Shown here piece after piece: positions 23,911-37,690 of a stretch of 64,000 nt of DNA (the first letter of the stretch is position 1; every line of letters starts with the position of its first letter). This DNA is from Okamejei kenojei. Its lineage: Eukaryota. Made by a program: the position numbers and the translations under genes. The stretch lies in NCBI GenBank assembly GCA_035221665.1, contig CM069133.1, positions 96,596,001-96,660,000 of the forward strand, given 5' to 3'. The notes below the pieces were generated by a model. It was not told the DNA's origin and searched no databases. It worked only from the letters and a program-made list of their open reading frames with translations.

Positions 23911-25532
23911 CAGTGGCTTGCAAAAGTATTCATACCCCTTGAGCTTTTCCACATTTTGTCACGTTACAACCACAAACGTAAATGTATTTTATTAGGATTT
24001 TATGTGATAGACCAACACAAAGTGGCGCATAATTGTGAAGTGGAAGGAAAATGATACATGGTTTTCAAATCTTTTTACAAATAAAAAACTGAAAAGTGTG
24101 GCGTGCAAAAGTATTCAGCCCCATTTACTCCGATACCCCTAAATAAAATCCAGTGCAACCAATTGCCTTCAGAAGTCACCTAATTAGTAAATAGAGTCCA
24201 CTTGTGTGTAATCTAATCTCAGTATACATACAGCTGTTCTGTGAAGGCCTCAGAGGTTTGTTAGAGAACATTAGTGAACAAACAATGTTCCTTGGGCATC
24301 ATGAAACCCAAGGAACACACCAGACAGGTCAGGGATAAAGTTGTGGAGAAGTTTAAAGCAGGGTTAGGTTATAAAAAAAAAATCCCAAGCTTTGAACATC
24401 TCACGGAGCACTGTTCAATCCATCATCCGAAAATGGAAAGAGTATGGCACAACTGCAAACCTACCAAGACATGGCCGTCCACCTAAACTGACAGGCCGGG
24501 CAAGGAGAGCATTGATCAGAGAAGCAGCCAAGAGGCCCATGGTAACTCTGGAGAAGCTGCAGAGATCCACAACTCAGGTGGGAGATTCTGTCCACAGGAC
24601 AACTATTAGTCGTGCACTCCACAAATTGGGTCTTTATGGAAGAGTGGCAAGAAGAAAGCCAATGTTGAAACAAAGCCATAAGAAGTCCCATTTGCAGTTT
24701 GCCACAAGCCATGTGGGGGACACAGCAAACATGTGGAGGAAGGTGCTCTGGTCTGATGAGACCAAAATTGAAGTTTTTGGCATAAATGCAAAACGCTATG
24801 TGTGGTGGAAAACTAACACTGCACATCACCCTGAACACACCATCCCCATTGTGAAACATGGTGGTGGCAGCATCATGCTGTGGGGATGCTTTTCTTCAGT
24901 AGGGACAGGGAAGCTGGTCAGAGTTTATGGGAAGATGGATGGAGCCAAATACAGGGCAATCTTGGAAGAAAACCTGTTAGAGTCTGCAAAAGACTTGAGA
25001 CTGGGGCAGAGGTTCACCTTCCAGCAGGACAACAACCCTAAACATACAGCCAGAGCTAAAAATGGAATGGTTTAGATCAAAGCATATTCATGTGTTAGAA
25101 TGGCCCAGTCAAAGTCCACACCTAAATCCAATTGAGAAGATCTGGCAAGACTTGACAATTGCTGTTCACAGACGCTCTCCATCCAATCCGACTGAGCTTG
25201 AGCTATTTTGCAAAGAAGAATGGGCAGAAATTTCAGTCTCTAGATGTGCAAAGCTGGTAGAGACATACCCCAAAAGACTTGCAGCTGTAATTGCAGCGAA
25301 AGGTGGTTCTACAAAGTATTGACTCAGGGGGGCTTTTGCACGCCACATTTTCCATTTTTTATTTGTAATAAAATTTGGAAACCATGTATCATTTTCCTTC
25401 CACTTCACAATTATCCACCACTTTGTGTTGGTCTATCACATAACATCCCAATAAAATACATTTATGTTTGTGTTTCTAACGTGACAAAATGTGGAAAAGT
25501 TCAAGGGGTATGAATACTTTTGCAAGCCACTG
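23911..25532 (+). mobile_element. Tc1 (DD34E) DNA transposon, full length, 1622 bp
   Basis: TA TSDs (23909-10 and 25533-34). ~210-bp TIRs begin CAGTGGCTTGCAAAAGTATTCATACCCCTTGA. Inserted into a minus-strand CR1 fragment. Confidence 0.97.
24301..25322 (+). pseudogene. Tc1 transposase with two +1 frameshifts
   Basis: Motifs MKPKEH, GRPPKL, ARRKP, WSDETK, KHGGGSIMLWGCF, QQD-34aa-E, GGSTKY. Extra A in the runs at ~24373-24382 and ~25057-25061. Confidence 0.93.
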
Positions 25533-25811
25533 TATGTACCTCTACTCCTAGATTTCAGATGTGCAACATTCCCCAGGGCTCCAACATTCACTGCAAATGT
25601 TCTGCTCTGGATTCACTTCCCAAAATGTATCTTCTCACATTTATCGGCATTAAGCATTAGCCATTCCTCAGCCGAGCCAAGCTCTCCTATCTCTTCTGAG
25701 CATTGTCTGCATTAACCCATGAACCATGCTTGAGCAGAGACCACAAAGAAAGTAAACCAGTGGGATTATGATTAGCCTATAGACTAGAATTTATATGGTA
25801 ATCATTCCCCG

Positions 25812-26200
25812 TGGATTGTCACTTTGTTGTGGTGGAGAAGCTTGTGTGTTCCTGCGATCCTGAGAGCGATGCCATCTGGAGCTATGTTCCTGGTAGGGCC
25901 ACCCATGGCGGTAAGTTTGAGGGGGAGGTCTCTGACAAAGAGCAAACCAACCAATACCTCAACGGTGGTACAGGTGGAGGATGATAGCTGACTTTAGTGG
26001 AGCTCCACAATGGCTGGGAAGGCGGATGAAGGCTGCAGTAGAAAAGGGTCGCTGGACATCTTGGATTCCATGCCACTGGATTCTGGAGCAGATCTGTCAA
26101 GGACCAGGTGGCTATCTGTGCACCAGTCTCCCCATGTTAAACAAAGTCACACATAGGTATCCTCCATGAGAGGACAGTCATACTCGTTTTGAGTGACCGC
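25812..26200 (+). mobile_element. RTE-clade (Expander/Rex3-like) 5' UTR fragment
   Basis: GTGGTGGAG..GATCC..GAGC..CCTGGTAGGG.CACCCATGGC..GACAAAGAGC resembles fish RTE 5' ends as recalled; no alignment was run. Confidence 0.5.
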
Positions 26201-27444
26201 ATGGAGTTTATTCACAAACATCACACAACAATAATTTAAAAAATAATAATTTTACGCCCTTTGTTATCACATAATTGCTCAGGGACATGAAAGTGATGTT
26301 ATTATCAGAAGACAAGTTTCAATCAATTGAGAATGTCCTGCCCTGCTTCACCATGCAAACAACAGTTCTCGCAGTAGGTCAACAAATGCATTGGAATAGC
26401 ATATGGAGGACTTTTGCTCAACTATATGCAAAAATTCCAGCCTTAAAACCAACTAACACATCAATCCTCTCCCAATATTTGCAGAAAACATGAAGAGCTT
26501 ATTGTGCATTGCATTAAAGTAACCTGAAAATCTGTGCAGCACTGTGTGTGAAATTAAAGAATATTGAAATTTAAGAATACTGTCAACAGTTTTATTGAGG
26601 TGACCTTGAATTTTAGTAGCTGTGGCAGCGCAGTGGCTTTTTATCCCAACACACCCAAGGGATTTTGCATAAATAAATCATTAACATGTGTTTAATTGCA
26701 CCATCATTTTTATTGATTCTTTTCAACTATTTTGTCAATCTACCAGAAAAAGCTTCATTAGAAAAAAGCCATGGTTTCAGGCGGGACATAAAGCTTTATG
26801 GTTCAACTTGGGGAAAATTATCCGCAGGCAGCAAATAATTTGTTTCAATGCATAATTAATAGATTTGTCAGGAAGTACTTAGATTGTGAAATACTACGAA
26901 TAGACCTCTTTATAGATAGATTAAGATAAATGGATTCTGTTGCACATTGGAAAATTTCATTGCTTGACATTTGCATTCTAGAGCTTCTGAGGTTGCTTTA
27001 GTAAATTCTTGCTTTCTTTTTGGTCAGCAAGGAAGCAAATGAGAGAATCATAGCTCTTATCTAATTTGGTTTGACAATGTGAAGGATTTGTGTGTTTTCT
27101 AAATATTTCATTTTTTGTTAAAATACAATATATATTGCCTCATTTTCTACTTTGCACATTTCTGTTTTCAACTATAGTTCTTTTTGTTTAAATGCTGCTT
27201 TCATTATTACATAACAAAGTCAATATCCAACAATCTGTCAATGAGCAATTGTTTTCACACCACAAATGTACCATAATTTAAAATGATACATACACAAACT
27301 GCTTTTATAAATTGGCTCTATTTTACTTTTGACTATTATAAAGACAAATGAGATATTGATGCCTCCTTTGCCTTTGTGTAAAGATCTTTTTATCAATGTT
27401 TTGTTCATCTTAAATCCCAGTACTTTAAGTTAAATGGAGACATA

Positions 27445-27730
27445 AGACATAGTAACATGGAAAATCGGTGCAGGGGTAGGCCATTCGGCCCTTCGAGCCA
27501 GTAACCCATTCCTGCTTTTTCCCCATATCCCTGGATTCTGTTAGCCCCAAGAGCTAAATCTAACTCTCTCTTGAGAATTCCACAGATTCACAAGTCTCTG
27601 GGTGAAAAGGTTTTACCTCATCTCAGTCCTAAATGGCCTACCCATTATTCTTGAACTGTGACCCCTGGTTCTGGACTCTACCAACATGGGGAATATTTTT
27701 CCTGCATCTAGCCTGTCCAATCCTTTAAGA
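27445..27730 (-). mobile_element. CR1 3' fragment
   Basis: Contains GGTGCAGGGGTAGGCCATTCGGCCCTTCGAGCC and GAATTCCACAGATTCAC. Confidence 0.75.
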
Positions 27731-28059
27731 TGACCCTGCAGTTGTTGGAATCTGAAGCAACAAACAATCTATTGGGAGAACTCAGTGGATTGAGTACCAA
27801 TGATGTTGCACAACCCATTTAATTACTCCAGCAGATTATTTGTTACTTTGAATCAAATTTGGCAGCAGCTGCCAAGTTTGGACTAACTATGGTACTTTAA
27901 CGTGCAGTGCTCCTGGTTTGGATACCACTTCCCTGAATTTTTCAACACTTTATTATCACAGTAATATTATTGCATTACATCTATTTTTCTTTGGCCCTTT
28001 AATTGCAATATCATAGTCTGGATTCATAAAAATGCTTGAACATTGCCTTAGCTAAATGA

Positions 28060-28345
28060 TACAGTTTAGAGACGGACAGCACCGAAACAGGCCCTTTCGC
28101 CTGCCGAATCTGTGCCGACCAATGATCGCTGTACACTAGGGATAATTTACATGTTTTACCAATTCCAAATTAACATACGAACCTGTACATCTTTGGAATG
28201 TTGGAGGAAACCGGAGCATTCAGAGAAAACCCACATAGTCATGGGGAGAACATACAAACTCCATGCAGACAACACCCATAGTCAAGATCAAACCTGGGTT
28301 TGTGGCACTGTAAGGCAGCAACTCTATTGCTGCACCACCATGTTG
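28060..28345 (-). mobile_element. V-SINE (HE1-like)
   Basis: Contains TCTTTGGAATGTTGGAGGAAACCGGAGC, the reverse complement of the V-domain. Confidence 0.72.
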
Positions 28346-29989
28346 CCCAACAACTCCTACTAACTTCCATCAGTGTGCAGAGTCTTTTCCTGAAAGTGTC
28401 TCGACCCAGGAAACATTGAGTATCGCACTTGTTGAAATGGAAAAGGGCCAAATGCACATATTTTCAATTGACCACATTAAATATTCATTTGGAAGCCTGC
28501 TGACAGATGAGGGCAGGAATCAGTATGCAGCTGAAGCTCTTACAAATGTGTGCTGCCATTTAAAGGAGCCCCTCATGAATCATTGCAAATACAAGGGCCA
28601 GACCTCTGAGCACGCTTCCTTAATATCCTTACAACCATTGTCAATCCTTTTGCAAGAAAGTGTTGCAAAGGAGAACTGACTTCACACTTTCTTGGTCACA
28701 CTGTGGAACATAGAAAGTAAGGCTAAAATAGCCCAGCCCCTATTTTTTTTTCTACGACTGATATCAAGATATAATTTGTCTAAACATATTGCAGTACATT
28801 CATCGGTTACCCTTTATTGTAAATAACATCACTCCAGTTACTTACAATATACAAGTTATATCAGTGTGACATCAATTTTTTCACAAACACTCCACAATGA
28901 GCAAGTCTGAGCAGCATCCAGCTCTGTGTGGAACTGAATGAGGGTTTAAACTCATTGCCTTTCCCAGAGAGTCTTTGTTATGGCTGCACGAAGCTTCAAT
29001 GAATCCCTCACCATGTAATTCTGGACCTTGGAATGTGCTTGCCTGTGATATTCAGTTGCTGACGTCAAGTTACTGCATCTTGCATTAAGTTGAGCATGTT
29101 CCAGTGACAGGTAGACAAAAAATGCTGGAGTAACTCAGCGGGACAGGCAGCATCTCTGGAGAGAAGGAACGGGTGACGTTTTGGTCAGACTTTGTTTGTC
29201 TCATTGCGGGATCCTGGGAATTGCCTGTGGAGCACAGAATCATGTCACAGGAAACCGTGGAATGGATTTCAATCCAGTATCTTCTTGACAAGTGTACAGT
29301 TTAGAAAGATATGTTTCATCCCACCTGCAGCCGCTTTGAGACTCCGGCTGTCCATGAGGGATCTAACAAGGAAAGGTCTTTTCACCAACAGCCAAGAAAG
29401 GTCTTAGTATATACTTGAAAGTTCAGGTGAAGTGGCACGCTAACATGTAACTTCAACAGTGTTAATTGGGTTTAATTATCATATGCACCGAAAAACAATA
29501 AAATCCTTACACTGCAGTTCTACAGGCCCGTAAACACAATACACTCAGATAAATATAATATATTTTTTTAAATCAATAAATAATAGTTTGCTTGGAGAAC
29601 CATCCAATAGGTTACACTACCTCCATTTCCTACATAATCCCAAGAACCTCCCGTGCACATCCCTGTACAATTGACTAGTGGTCAAAGATTTATTTCTGAT
29701 CGTATCAGCACCTAGTGACATTCTATAAATAGTATTATGGTTTCCAGGGTCCATGTAAAGGTGGGCATCATAAGGATCCTTGACCTGAAACATCACCCAT
29801 TCCTTCTCTCCACAGATGCTGCCAATCCCGCTGAGTTACTCCAGCATTTTGTGTCTATCTCCGATTAAACCAGCATCTGCAGTTCTTTCCCACACAGGAT
29901 CCATGTCATATTGGCTGCATGCTTCTTTCCTATCGCTTACTCTGTTTCCTCTGGATTTTAACCATTTGTAATCCCCAGATTAAATGAGG

Positions 29990-30240
29990 CATGGTTTGAG
30001 TGAATGCCATAGCACATCAACACACCAAGGTGCTGAGAGCACCTCCCACAGTGGGATTCAGTGGGACCAGTTGCCAAGACTGCTTTGCTCCAATTCATTC
30101 TTGCCCCCAGGGCTTGTTCAAAATGGTTTAATGAAATACAAATTAACAGTGGATCCAAGCAGGAGATGGCAATGTTCTTCATGTCACCATTATCATCAGT
30201 CGCTTTATCCAAAGCCACAGCCTGGCTTTGCCACACCTCT
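29990..30240 (-). mobile_element. Old Tx1/L1-like RT remnant
   Basis: FEQALGARMNWSK...HLGV resembles the Tx1 RT motif (F/Y)E.ASGA.VN..KS...YLGV. Confidence 0.45.
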
Positions 30241-30849
30241 TAAGCTCACATCCTTCCTGATGAATTTAGCAAAAGGCTCAATAACACACAAACAAGACTG
30301 AGAGAAAAGACAGCTGACTAACTCTGGATTTAACCAAGCGAGTTTCCTACCTATTACGTAGGACAACACACGTGATTCCCTGCATAAAGCAGTTATCTCC
30401 ATTGACAGATTTCCATCCTCTCACATACCTCAGTGAACAAATCAGTGGTCACTTTGAACTCAGCCTCTGAGTGAGTGCAAGCATTGTCCGTAGTGCACGT
30501 CGACTACTGACGTCTGGGTAACTGTAGTTCTGGAATGTAGCTACAGTAGGTAGATCACCTCCCTTCAATTTTTCTATCTCGGTTGGCACAGACTGTTCTG
30601 CCGGGCATGTCCAGCAGCCCTGCTTTTTGGGTTCTTAATTTCATTTGTCTGCATTGTCACTCTTTATTAGCCCTCATTTCATAACCTTTACATGGAAAGG
30701 TCCATGTTTAACCTGCCTTCCGACCCCCATTAACTCATCGACCAAATGATTAAATGTATGCACGGCAATCTGACCATTAGAATGTTTGTCATTATATGTC
30801 CTACAAGTTATACAAGTCCTTCATATAAATTCTTTCTTATTTTTGAGAA

Positions 30850-31190
30850 TATTCTGCAGCCGCTCAGATACGTCATGGATCCTAGCATCAGGGCCAGGAC
30901 AGTAGCTGCACTCCTGACCACTGCTGCATTCCCCCTTGACTGGTCATCCAGAAAGAAAAACAGTCTGAAAAGGAGTGTACCTGTCTAAAGACCTGTTGTC
31001 AAGGGAACAGTCCCAGGGGATTACTGCACTCTCTGCCTCTCCTGGTGGTCACCCACCTACATTCTGCCTGTACCTTAGTCATGACCGCCTCACTATAACT
31101 CCTATCCATGACACCCTCACACCCACAGATAATCCTGAGGTTGTTCAGCTGCAGCTGAGACAAAACCTCAGCACTGCGTTTCCTCAAACT
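30850..31190 (-). mobile_element. CR1 ORF1 remnant
   Basis: LQLNNLRII...EGVMDRSYSEAVMTKVQ...WVTTRRG resembles CR1 ORF1. Confidence 0.55.
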
Positions 31191-32434
31191 GCTTTTTGAT
31201 CCTCAGCCTGCACTTCACCTCAATACTGCCTCTCTCCCAACATGGCTGTTCCACTGATCCTTTCCTTCCATTTATTGGCAGCTTTGCCTCTCATTGAGCC
31301 AATCAAATGCTTCTTTTTTATATGTTCCTTATCTCTGAAAAAAAACCTTTGAATTGCAAAAACCTGCTTTTAAACTCTTCTAATGAATTTTCAAAACAGT
31401 TTCTCAGCACTGAAAATGCCTCCTCTACAAATCTTTCCTTGATTTCTGAAGATAAAAAGAATATCACCCCTTATCCTTCTTCATTCTAAATAGACAATTC
31501 AAACTTTTCTAATTTCAACCACACTATTGAAAGTCATCCTGTCTGGTGTCATCCTAATGAATTTACCCTATTCTACCATAAAACATCGATTTCTTCAGCA
31601 GAATTAAATACAATTACCCAGCTGAAATGAAACTATAGATGTGCAATGTCATTTAATTTTAGTATTCCCTGCCCCTATATACAAGCATGTATCTTAACTG
31701 CTTTATTGACCTCTCCTTTCATGTTTGAGCCTTGTCAATATGTATCTCCAATTCCCTGTGTTCTGGTCGCTTCGCCCATCATTATAATGCTGTGTACTCT
31801 AGATTGCTTCTCCGTGATCTTTTTTCATCCACACTAATTTCCATCCACACATTTCAAAATTCCCCTTGATCTGGTCCACATCATTTGCATGCAACTGTGG
31901 TCCTAATACCAGAACTTCATATTTCCTCTCAAAATTGAAAACTATTCACTACTGCTCACCTCCTCCTCTCCGAGACATCTTTATTCGAACTTCCCACCAT
32001 CCTTTTACTACCATGGCTTTCTAGTTTCTACAAAAGATAAATATTAAAGTACTTTAACAAATATCTGTTGAAAGTTGAGGTGCATAACATCCACTATCCT
32101 GAATTAACCAGTCCACAATTTTACAATTCATTCAGGTCAGCCAGATATAATGTATCTTTGCTTATTTCAATGAGCTATTCCTTACTATCTCATGATTCTG
32201 CAGGTGAGGATTGATTTTGTCTTTGATAACAGTCCATGATAGTATTTCTCACCATTGCAGTTAGATTGGCTACGAGATTTTCAAAATGCATCATCTTAAC
32301 ACAGTAGCTGCCAAGGCTTCTCCTGATCATTTACCATCAATTTTACAGAAGGTATCTAGAAAGCCAAATTAACTTTTTCTCTTAGGCATCTTTGAATTTT
32401 CTACTGAAATAAAATCAAAGAATCAGGCAGCATA

Positions 32435-33410
32435 GAGATGCAGCGGTGGAGTTGCTGCTTTACAGTATCAGAGACCTGGGTTTGATCCTCACTATGGGTG
32501 CCTTCTAGACTGTGTTTGTACATTCTCCCTGTGATCGTGTGGGTTTTATCTGGATGCTCTTGTTTCCTGCCACATTCCAAAGAAGGTAGACAAAAATGCT
32601 GGAGAATGTCAGCGGGTGCGGCAGCATCTATGGAGCGGAGGAAATAGGCAACGTTTCAGGCCGATGCAGGGTGGGGGGCGGGATGAAGAAAGGATGAGGA
32701 GGAGCCAGATGGCTGAGGGAGAGCTGAGAAGGGGAGGAGACAGCAAGGGCTATCAGGTGTGAGAGGTTCACCTGCACCTCCACCAACCTCATCAGGTGCA
32801 ACAGAGGTTCACCTGCACCTCCTCCACCCTCATCCATTGCATCCGCTGCTCTAGATGTCAGCTGATCTACATCAGTGAGACCAAGCGTAGGCATGGCGAT
32901 CGTTTCACCAAACACCTCCGCTCGATCAGCATTAACCAACCTGATCTCCCTGTGGCTCAGCACTTCAACTCCCCTCCCATTCCAAATCCGACCTTTCTGT
33001 CCTGGGCCTCCTCCATTGCTAGAGTGAGCACCATCGGAAACTGGAGGAGCAGCACCTCATATTCCGCTTGGGCAGTCTGTACCCCAGTGGCCTGAAGATT
33101 GACCGCCAATTTCCGGTAGCCCTTGCTGTCTCCTCACCTTCTCAGTTCTCCCTCAGCCCTCTGGCTCCTCCTCTTCCTTTCTTCTTTCTGCCCCCCCCCC
33201 CCCCCCCCCACCCTGCATCAGTCTGAAGAAGGGTTTCAGCCGGAAACTTTGCCTATTTCCTTCGCTCCATAGATGCTGCCAGTTTCTCCAGCATTTTTGT
33301 CTACCTTCGATTTCCAGCATCTGCAGTTCCATCTTGCTTATTGAACATTCCAAAGACGTTCAGGTTTGTAAGTTAATTGGCTTCTGTACATTGCCCCTAG
33401 CGTGTAGGGT
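32435..33410 (+). mobile_element. V-SINE interrupted by a Penelope insertion
   Basis: SINE 5' part at 32435-32583; it resumes at 33345. Confidence 0.75.
32584..33344 (+). mobile_element. Penelope-like element with an inverted 5' segment and a GIY-YIG fragment
   Basis: 12-bp TSD ACATTCCAAAGA (32572-32583 and 33345-33356). Encodes FTCTSSTLIHCIRCSRCQLIYISETKRR. Terminal repeats lie in inverted orientation. Confidence 0.88.
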
Positions 33411-33569
33411 GCAAAGAGGCAAAGAGAGCAGTCAGAATCATTTTCCCATGGTGAAAATGTCAAAAACTAGAGGACATATCTTAAAGTTGAGAGAGATAAG
33501 GTTTAAACATGATTTGTAGGATAGAGCTGGAACCCCCTTGTGGTGGTGGAGGCAGATACAATAGTTTTA

Positions 33570-34469
33570 CTAGACTAAGTGGGACCCATTGGGTCCCATG
33601 TTGACACAGGAGGGCTGGTCCCCCAACACAATATTCCACCTCTCCAACAATTCCAATATTGGCGGCCAGTGGGGGGGGGGGGGGAACTTTCTGGAGCACT
33701 AGCATGTGTGTTGTGGGCTGAAGGAACTGGTTTCCAGGGGGCTAGCATGGACATTGTGGGCCTAATGGATTCAGTCACTCAGGGCTGGTGGGCTGGCAGA
33801 TCAGTCACTCAGGGCAAGGGGGCTGGCTGTTCCCTCGCGGCTATTCCTTGAAATTCCATTTCAAGCAGAGTGCAGGCCACCACATTCAATTTCATAGCAT
33901 TTCAAGCAGTGCAGGCCACCATATTCAATTTCATAGCATTGCAAGCAGAGTGCAGGCCACCACATTCAATTTCATAGCATTTCAGTCAGAGTGCATGTCA
34001 CCAAATTCAATTTCATAGCATTTCAAGCAGAGTGCAGGCCACCAAATTGCCAAACAACTCATTGCATTGTCATTAAGGGCTAACAAATCATTTATTGCAA
34101 GTACATTGTAGACTCACAGTTCAGTTGATTCACAACTTAGAATGACAGTTGTGGACTCTCCCTCATGATCTTCCAGAGTGACTGACTCACTTCCAGGCAT
34201 CCAAGGTTTTATAGTCCTGCCACCCCACCGGAAGGGACGTTACCTTCATCATGGTGATTGACAGGTGATAGGACTAATTAGCTGATCTCAAGATTTTTTA
34301 AACATTCATAACTTTTTTATCTTCCATCGATCGGAAAAAACCTCTGGGCTGCCTCAGAGGACTGTGAGTAAGGGCCAAAATTCATAGTGGTATATAGTAG
34401 TGTTTTTTTCTAAAATCAATATACAGCACAGACAGGAAGCGGTCAAGATTAGACTTTTAGTTATATAGA
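33570..34469 (-). mobile_element. Non-autonomous Helitron (900 bp)
   Basis: On the minus strand it begins TC(TATATAAC) and ends CTAG, inserted at A|T with no TSD. Subterminal hairpin TGGGACCC-AAT-GGGTCCCA (33580-33598). It splits a CR1 3' fragment. Confidence 0.85.
33860..34048. repeat. 41-bp minisatellite (~4.6 copies) inside the Helitron
   Basis: Unit TTCAAGCAGAGTGCAGGCCACCACATTCAATTTCATAGCAT. Confidence 0.9.
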
Positions 34470-36359
34470 TTTAAGAGGCTTTTATGTAGGCACCTGGATA
34501 TGCAGGGAATGGAGTGAATGGTTTAACTTGGCATCATGTTCAGCACAAAGGGCCTATTTCTATGCTGCATTGTTCTATATTCTGTTCTATTTTTTTTGGA
34601 GAACAAAATGAGCACACATAACTAATGTACTGTGCAGACTCGCCTAGTTTGATCAATACAATTTTGTCTTGCATAATAATTTAAATTGGCTATGTGCCAC
34701 ACTCATCTATATTAGTTGATCATCTTCATAACCTTGACAAACTGGATTGCTGCAAAAGTAGGAAGATGTGACATATAGGCTTTTATTTGCATTGCAAGCA
34801 TAACCTTGATGTCAACATCTCCGCAATTAACACCTCCATTTGAAAAAAACAGTGAAATATGTGTCAGTGTTTCCATTTCTGCCAAATTTTCCTTCAATCC
34901 CTTCCATTTACAAAAGCCCTCTTAGAGGAAAGCAGTGGGGGAATTGTGTAACAGGGTTAATAGCTCAATGTCCTCAGCTGGAGATATATTGCTATCGAAG
35001 CTTCCACTCACCCTTCTTCAGTTAACTATATAAACATCTGCAGCAGAATTATAAAAATGACCAGCGAAGGCATTCGCGCTTTTTACCCAATTAGAGACGA
35101 TTCCTGCTATCCCACCTGAGGATAAGAGCTCTTTGAATGCAACGTCAAAAAGGCAACCTGCAAAAGATGATGCATTATGTTATACTAATGCTAATCCATC
35201 TCTCCTTGGAGTAGTAGTCACCTAATTATTACCTCAGGAGGAGCCATGGTGAGGAATATAAATCATTGTAGTGCCAAGAGTTTAGGTCAATAAATTATTA
35301 AGAAAGTTAAGACATATTTGCTTGAAAGAAATAACGAGGTAACTAAACATTTTTTTTAATAACTTATGAAACTGACCTGGAATTGTTAGACATTTCAAAC
35401 TCAGGTTAAATGTTGGGAACTTTCAAATAAGGCAGAGACAAGACTAACTTGACTAACAAGATGTGAATAGATGAGTGAATCTGTTTAAGCCAAGGCTTTT
35501 TTTCATATTTGTAATATTATTATTACCCCCAAAACTCCTTGTCATTGGATTTTTGTCTTTTATTTTCCAACAAGCTGTGGAATACTTTTCTGAATGGTTT
35601 ATGCTGAAAGTTTTAAGCTTTGCTTGACCCTCCCCATGTTCTGCTTTCTGAGTCTCTCAGCTGCCTGATTTAAATGCATTTAAATGAAGGCCAACAATCC
35701 TGCAGGCCTGAATGTCCTTATTTAATGCTGGCAAAGCTGCAGGGGAAGAATAGGAAACATTATTGAATCTGTCCAATTTTAAAAAGTTAGAATGAAAAAC
35801 ATCAGACATAGCTATTTGTTGGAATGAAATGCATCGGTTCAGACCTTGTATTTGTTGAGTTGAACTGTTGAAAGTTTGATTAGAGACCACTCGAGTTTTC
35901 TGCAGGATTTGTCCTGGATATCCTCCAATATCAAATCTTGTGAATCACAAAACCGACAAAGCTCTGCACCATGTTACCTGACGCAACTCACCTTAGTGGA
36001 TTTTCAGGCCTTAAATTTTGTTTTTCTTTTCTTTCTGACTGTAATTCTTTGCTGGAACACATTGAAATATTTGGATATAGAAAAGTGCTATGGATTGGCC
36101 AGTTTATTTTTCTTCTCTTATTATTGGGTTCATTCCACACTCAAAAGCCCATAAAAGGTATTTCTAAGAGTTTTCCAACATAGTCAGAAGCAAAACAATA
36201 TTTGAAGTGGATTGTCTGATCCTCTGATAAGGCCTTGCATTTAGTTGATGTATCCACATCATACTGCTCTTTAAATTACACAAAGGTTGGAAACATAATT
36301 TCCTGAAATGTTATAATGTAGCAATATACATTAATCACAATTTATCAGTGGGTAATAAA

Positions 36360-37690
36360 CAACTGTACGCCCCTGTATGTTGCTTTCATTGACCTCACCA
36401 AGGCGATCGACCTCGTCAACAGAGATGGCCTATTTAAGGTTCTGCCAAAGATCGGCTGCCACTAAATCTGCAGAGCATGATAGAATCCTTCCACATCAAC
36501 ACGAAGGGGACAGTGCAGTTCAATGGCAGCTGCTCTGAGCCCTTCGACATCCGCAGTGGCGTCAAACAAGGTTGCGTCCTTGCTCCCACACTCTTTGGGA
36601 TTTTTGTCGCTCTGCTCCTGAAACATGCCTTCGGCACCGCAACAGAGGGGATCTGCCTGTGTATTAGATCAGATGGCAGGCTCTTCACCCTCACCCGCCT
36701 CAGAGCAAAGACAAAAGTATGTGAAGCTCTCATCAGAGACATGTTGTTTGCCGATGACGCTGCAGTTGTGTCCCACACCCAGCAAGAATTACAATCACTG
36801 ATGGACCGCTTCTATCGGGCATGCAAGGACTTCGGGCTGACCATCAGCCTGAAGAAGACGAACGTCCTGGGGCCGGATACAGAGGCGTCGCCTGTCATCA
36901 CCATCGACGACTATGAACTTGATGCCGTCCATCAGTTCACGAACCTCGGCTCCACCATCACCGACAACCTCTCCTTGGACACAGAGATTGACAAGAGGAT
37001 CGGGGAAGGCAGCTACAACTCTCGTTTGTCTCACAACACGAGTGTGGACGAACCCAAAGCTGACAGTGAAGATAAAGATAGCAGTCTACAACTCCTGTGT
37101 CAACAGCACGCTGCTGTACGGCAGTGAGACATGGACTACATATGCCAGACAGGAGAGAAGACTCAACACCTTCCACCTGAGTAGCATCCGTCATATCCTG
37201 GACATATCCTGGCAAGACAGAGTGTCCAATGCCGAGATCCTGTCTCGTGCTGGCCTTCACGGTATGTACACTCTACTCAGGCAGCGCAAACTGCGGTGGC
37301 TAGGCCATGTCTACCACATGGAGGGTGGCCATATTCCAAAAGACATCCTCCAGGGAGAGCTGACATCTGGTAGGAGAACCATCGGCCGCCCCCAACTACG
37401 TTACATGGATGTCTGCAAGAGAGATATGACGGTGCTCAACATCAATGTGGAGTCCTGGAGAGCCTTGCAGCTGACCGCACGAGGTGGAGAGGCACCCTGA
37501 GCTAACATCTCAAAATGGGGGAAGAGAAACTAATGAATGCAGCGGCAGAGAAACGGGCACGCAGAAAGGAGCGCAGCAACTTCAACAGACCAGAGACCAC
37601 ACACAAATTTGATCTTTGCCACAGAGACTGTCAATCCAACATTCCTTCAGGATGCATCACCCATAGTCAGTCATGACCGAGGGGGGCCTA
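36360..37690 (+). mobile_element. RTE (BovB-like) LINE, 5'-truncated and frameshifted
   Basis: Motifs FIDLTKA, SGVKQGCVLAPTLFGIF, MLFADD, GLTISLKKT, LLYGSETW, LRWLGHV, GRPQLRY. Confidence 0.92.

Noticed and set aside
33860-34048. CRISPR-like 41-bp repeats
   Set aside because: No spacers; it is a minisatellite inside the Helitron.
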